DNA of 64,000 bases from an uncultured Holophagales bacterium (lineage in GTDB: Bacteria > Acidobacteriota > Thermoanaerobaculia > Multivoradales > UBA5704): assembly GCA_963842525.1 (NCBI GenBank), contig CAWJGT010000027.1, positions 1 through 64,000 on the forward strand, given 5' to 3'. Under the pieces are notes generated by a model, which saw only the letters and a program-made list of their open reading frames with translations, was not told the origin of the DNA and did no database searches. Made by a program: the position numbers and the translations under genes. Shown here one piece after another: positions 60,078 through 64,000 of this stretch (the first letter of the stretch is position 1; every line of letters starts with the position of its first letter).

Positions 60078-61004
60078 TCAGAATTGGCCGACGAATCCGA
60101 TCTCCGGCTCCAACCGGTAGCCGGTCCGCTGCTCGACGACCTCCTGGATGTGGGCGATCAGCGCCCGCACGTCGGCGGCGGTGGCACCCCCGGCGTTGAT
60201 CAGGATGTTGGCGTGCCGGTGGGTGACCATGGCGCCGCCGATGCGGCAACCTTTGAGGCCGCACTGGTCGATCAGGCGGCCGGCGCCGATCCCTTTGATC
60301 TTCTTGAAGATGGAGCCGGCGCTCGGCTCGGTGTCGAGCGGCGGATGGCGCTCGCGGCGCCATTCCAGGTTCTCCTCGACGATCCGGCGCATCCTCTCCG
60401 GCTCGCCCGGCTCGAGCTGGAAGGTGGCGGCGAGGACGATGTCGCGGCGGTGGTGGAGGATGGAGTCGTCGTAGCCGAACTGGAAGTAGTCGACGCCGAC
60501 CGTCTTGCGCGCTCCCTCTGCGGTGAGGATGTCCGCGGAATGTGTCACCTCCGCGATGAACATGGTCCGCTCCCGGGCAGGCGCCGGAGCCAGGAAGTGG
60601 AGGTTCTGCCAGAGGGCGCCGCCCACGGTCGACGGGATGCCAGGGTAGTGCTCCAGCCCGGAGAGGCCGTGCGACACGGCCACCTCGATCAGGTCGGGCC
60701 AGACCACCGCACCGCTCTCGGACCAGACGCGCCGCTCCTCGGAGAGGACCCGCATCGCCCCGGCGGCGTTGCGGATCACCAGGCCGCGGAACCCGCGGTC
60801 GCCGATCAGGATGTTGGCCCCGAGCCCCAGCAGGAACCAGGGAAGGCCCACCTCGCGCACCGCCGTCACCGCCCGCGCCAGCTCGTCCGCGCTGCGCGCC
60901 TCGTAGTAGAGGTCGGCCGGGCCGCCGATCCTGAAGGTGGTGAAAGGGGCGAGGACAACGCCCTCCTGGAGGCGGTCGGGGCCGAGGAGATCCTGAATCC
61001 TCAC
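60078..61004 (-). CDS. murB: UDP-N-acetylenolpyruvoylglucosamine reductase
   Basis: TTFRIGGPA, GANIL, GIPSTVGG, SAGSIFK, HANIL, LEPEI. Confidence 0.93.
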   Translation of the reverse strand: MRIQDLLGPDRLQEGVVLAPFTTFRIGGPADLYYEARSADELARAVTAVREVGLPWFLLGLGANILIGDRGFRGLVIRNAAGAMRVLSEERRVWSESGAVVWPDLIEVAVSHGLSGLEHYPGIPSTVGGALWQNLHFLAPAPARERTMFIAEVTHSADILTAEGARKTVGVDYFQFGYDDSILHHRRDIVLAATFQLEPGEPERMRRIVEENLEWRRERHPPLDTEPSAGSIFKKIKGIGAGRLIDQCGLKGCRIGGAMVTHRHANILINAGGATAADVRALIAHIQEVVEQRTGYRLEPEIGFVGQF

Positions 61005-61051
61005 CCCCTGTCCCCCTCTCCCATCGCACTCCCCCCGACCGGGAGAGGGGG
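60999..61051 (-). repeat. REP-like family A copy overlapping murB start
   Basis: cctcaccccctgtccccctctccc..gggagagggggg. Confidence 0.85.
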
Positions 61052-61167
61052 GATCACCCGATTAGGGATCTCAGCGGTGTTCATGTGATCTCATTGCGGC
61101 CTTCCTCCGGGGGAAGGGGTTCCATGTGTTGCCATTTTGGACCAATTCTCGCCAGAAAGCGTCGAGC

Positions 61168-61203
61168 TGTGTGACCCGTGTGTGACCCAATTTATGCTAT
61201 ACT
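61168..61203 (+). promoter_or_regulatory. Arm-type repeat (TGTGACCC x2) and extended -10 (TGCTATACT) of integrase
   Basis: tgtgacccgtgtgtgaccc; TATACT ends 7 nt before ATG 61211. Confidence 0.55.
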
Positions 61204-61210
61204 TACGCCC

Positions 61211-62515
61211 ATGAGCTACAACATCAAATTTGAGGATCGCACCCTGCGCGGTCTCCGCGTTCCCGATGGCAAGGACAGGCAGGAATGGAGTGACACTGTG
61301 GTCCCGGGGCTTCGCTTCCGCAAGAGCGTTAAGGGACATGGCTCCTTCTCCGTGGTCTACAGGGTCAAGGGACAGGACAAGCAGGATCGCCGGACCATCG
61401 GACCCTTCCCCCGCGTCTCCCTCGCTCAGGCCCGCGAGGAGACTCGACAGGATCTTAACGCCGCCAGCTCGGGACGGGACCCGAAGAAGCTTCGGACGGC
61501 TCCTCCCGAGGCTCCCGAGGAACACCCGATGACCTTCGCGGAGCTCTTCGAGCTTTACATGGAGCGCCACGCTCGCGATCATCTCGCGACTTGGTACGAC
61601 GTCCAGCGGCGGGTCCGCAAGGATGTGATTCCCGTCATCGGTCAGATGCCCGCCGGCGAGGTGCGCAAGCGCCATCTCCATCTGGTCATCGACCGGCTCG
61701 TCACCGGCGGGCACGCCGTCAGCGCTCGCGGCCTGCTGTTTGTGATCTCGGCTATCTTCACCTGGGCCGAGGGGCGCGAGCTCGTCGAGTACAACCCGGT
61801 CCGGCGCTTCCCCTACCCCAAGCCGGCCGCCCCTCCGGAACGCAGGAGCCTCTCCGATGACCAGCTCCGGGCACTGTGGTTCGCCCTCCTGGAGATCGCT
61901 GACCAGCCGGTGCCCGACAAGCAGGAGGAGCTGCACAACGGCCAGTTCACTACGACCCGGGATCTATTCGCTTTGGTGGTGCTGACGCGGCTCCTGCTGG
62001 GCCAGCGCACCACCGAAACGGTCGGCATGCGCCGCCAGGACCTCGAAGCTCAGTGGTGGAATCTGCCGGGCTACATTGGCCGGCGACGGTATACGAAGAC
62101 AGGACGGGATCACCGGGTGCCGCTGGTTCCTCTGTGGAGCGAGTATGTGCTGCCGCGCGTCGAGAGGCTGACCGCCGGGCGGCCGTATGTCTTCCCCAGC
62201 GATCGGCTGCAGGACCAGCACCTTCACGCCGAGAGCATCACGTCGTTCTGTTCCCGGGTGTCGGCCAAGGTGGGTTTCCCCTTCGTGGCTCGTAACCTGC
62301 GGACGACCTTCCTGACTTCCCTGGCTCGGCTTCGTGTGCCGCAGGAGGTCCGGCGACGGCTGGTCAACCACAGTGATGGGACCATCGAGACGATCCACTA
62401 CAATCTGTATGACTACGACGCCGAAAAGTGGGCGGCCGGGCTGCGTTGGGATGCCCATCTTCGGAGCATCTTTTTCGGCGAGACGGCTCAGGTAGCGCCT
62501 TCTCAGGCCGCCTAG
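61211..62515 (+). CDS. P4-type tyrosine integrase with arm-binding domain
   Basis: WSDTVVPGL..IGPFPRVSLAQAR; R (GQRTTE), K (TKTG), RNLR, VNH, HYN. Confidence 0.92.
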   Translation: MSYNIKFEDRTLRGLRVPDGKDRQEWSDTVVPGLRFRKSVKGHGSFSVVYRVKGQDKQDRRTIGPFPRVSLAQAREETRQDLNAASSGRDPKKLRTAPPEAPEEHPMTFAELFELYMERHARDHLATWYDVQRRVRKDVIPVIGQMPAGEVRKRHLHLVIDRLVTGGHAVSARGLLFVISAIFTWAEGRELVEYNPVRRFPYPKPAAPPERRSLSDDQLRALWFALLEIADQPVPDKQEELHNGQFTTTRDLFALVVLTRLLLGQRTTETVGMRRQDLEAQWWNLPGYIGRRRYTKTGRDHRVPLVPLWSEYVLPRVERLTAGRPYVFPSDRLQDQHLHAESITSFCSRVSAKVGFPFVARNLRTTFLTSLARLRVPQEVRRRLVNHSDGTIETIHYNLYDYDAEKWAAGLRWDAHLRSIFFGETAQVAPSQAA

Positions 62516-62521
62516 GTGGCT

Positions 62522-62590
62522 AAAACCGGCTGCCTGCTTCCGGTTTTTCTCCGGAAAACCGGCTGCGGGCAGCCGGTTTTTTCCGGAAAG
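62522..62590. repeat. Two palindromes at 33-bp spacing (AAAACCGGCTG..CCGGTTTT)
   Basis: Units start at 62522 and 62555. Confidence 0.7.
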
Positions 62591-62593
62591 TGG

Positions 62594-62845
62594 CTAGGCG
62601 GCCCAGTCGCGCCGGCCTTCTTGCCATTCGCGGAGCTTGTCCACGCGAAAGGCTTCCCGCCCTGGGCTGAGAGTGTCCGGGGCGGGGAATCGGCCGGCCG
62701 CGATTTCCCGCCGCAACGTGGACCGGGACAGGCTTGACCAGCTGATTACCTCGGGCCAGGTCATGAACCGAGGGAGCACCTCACGGACGTTGGACAATGT
62801 GTGGCGGCTCGGCAAGGACTGCTGCGGTCTGCGGTCGTTTTTCAT
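62594..62845 (-). CDS. AlpA-family excisionase/regulator
   Basis: EVISWSSLSRSTLRREIAAGRFPAP..W. Confidence 0.85.
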   Translation of the reverse strand: MKNDRRPQQSLPSRHTLSNVREVLPRFMTWPEVISWSSLSRSTLRREIAAGRFPAPDTLSPGREAFRVDKLREWQEGRRDWAA

Positions 62846-62989
62846 GGTTTTCTCTGGCTTGATCCTGAATGCTACACTCCGCACAGTGTATGTGTAGATC
62901 GACATTGATGTCAAGAGGAGAGCAGATGTTCCGGGCTTTTTCTGGCAGAGGGCTTGCATATGCGGCCCGCAACATTTACCATGTAGTTC

Positions 62990-63370
62990 ATGACTGCGAC
63001 AGATCCCTTTGAAGGTCTAGGACAAGCGCTGGCCCACCTTCGGGAGCGGGCCGGCTTCGCGACGCAAAAGGATGCGGCAGAGGCTCTTGGCTTCGACCAG
63101 GGCCAATTGTCGCGCTGGGAGAATGAGAATCCTCGGCCCACGCTCGAGAACCTCGGCCGCCTGCTTGCGGCTTACGGAGTTGGCCTGGCGGAGCTGGTGG
63201 CGCTCTTAGGAGAGGTCCGCCGGCCGAAGCGGAAGACTGTGGATGGACTGACCTATGAGGCCGAGATGGCCCGGTTGAACGAGCTGCTTCGGCAAATGGT
63301 GGAAAACCAAGCCGAAGCAGAGAGCCGATTGAAGGCGCTCGAGGTGCTGGTGCGCGGGGGCAAGGGATAG
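62990..63370 (+). CDS. XRE-family HTH repressor with coiled-coil tail
   Basis: LRERAGFATQKDAAEALG..LSRWEN..PTLENL. Confidence 0.88.
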   Translation: MTATDPFEGLGQALAHLRERAGFATQKDAAEALGFDQGQLSRWENENPRPTLENLGRLLAAYGVGLAELVALLGEVRRPKRKTVDGLTYEAEMARLNELLRQMVENQAEAESRLKALEVLVRGGKG

Positions 63371-63382
63371 CCCGCCAGGCCG

Positions 63383-63572
63383 AAAGGGTGCAGCCTGCTG
63401 CGCCCTTTTCTGCCGAAAGGGCGCAATCCGCTTCGCCCTTTTCCCGAGAAAGGGCGCAATCGGCTGCGCCCTTTTCCCGAGAAAACGTGCAACGGGCTGC
63501 ACCTTTTTCTGCGAGAAAACGTGCGATGGGCCGCGCCTTTCCGCGAGAAACGCGCGGGGGGCCGCACCTTTT
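63383..63572. repeat. About six 33-bp palindromic repeats matching the iterons at 1458-1616
   Basis: AAAGGGTGCA-N6-TGCGCCCTTTT units at 63383, 63416, 63449, 63482, ~63515, 63548; further copy at 63886-63911. Confidence 0.85.
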
Positions 63573-64000
63573 CCGCGCGGGGACGGCCCAGAGGCACGGC
63601 GCTTTTCAGTGCAAGCGCTTGCGCCGGAGGACGGGACGGGGCAGCCAGGCCCTAGATAGGGCCATAGGTTCGCTACGCGACACCCTGCCCCCTTTATAGG
63701 TTAAATGTCGGACAAGGCCAGGCCCTGCTCTACCTGGAAAAGAGCTGGGCGGCTGGGACGGACATGGAGGGTCTTCGGGCGGAGCTGAGATGGACCGGCG
63801 TAGCGGTAGGGCCTCAACTGCCCGCCTGGATACTCCCAAAAAACGTGCACTCGGCTTCCCGTGCACTCGGCTTCCCCTTTTCTTGAAAAGGTGCAATGGG
63901 CTTCACCTTTTCCTGGGGTGCTTGCAAGAGAGCGCCGGCCTCTCTAGGCTGAGCGGCTCAGAATGAACGTTGATCTCTGGCCGCAGCGGCTCTTCTGGAT

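Larger units (their letters stand above)
61100..64000. mobile_element. Second integrative element (Int-AlpA-XRE module; boundaries uncertain)
   Basis: Integrase, convergent AlpA-like gene, divergent XRE repressor, repeat arrays. Confidence 0.75.

Overview
A high-GC bacterial window. Four tandem 'Acidobacterial' VWA-domain genes, an IPTL-CTERM protein and the gene order suggest Acidobacteriota (inference). Several essential or conserved genes (glyS, nnr, CBS/hemolysin, Leu/Glu dehydrogenase) carry single-base frameshifts, so the assembly probably has indel errors and apparent fusions or splits need caution. Both ends of the window are integrative elements. The left one (1-~6635) sits at the 3' end of tRNA-Lys(UUU) and carries an HTH initiator with iterons, DnaC-like and DnaB-like genes, and Xis/Int. 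The right one (~61100-64000) has Int, AlpA and an XRE repressor. The two elements share a 33-bp-period palindromic repeat. Between them lie secreted enzymes (ExeM-like nuclease, S8 peptidase), a CHAT-protease membrane operon, a TIR-CD225 fusion, a SIR2-STAND/TM-STAND gene pair, two toxin-antitoxin hotspots containing copied fragments of neighbouring genes, several REP/REPIN families, a 20/21-bp TTCCA..TGGA array, three Cys-rich secreted proteins, and the core tsaE-phoH-ybeY-era-recO-glyQS and murB genes. All calls come from reading motifs by eye; no database searches were run.
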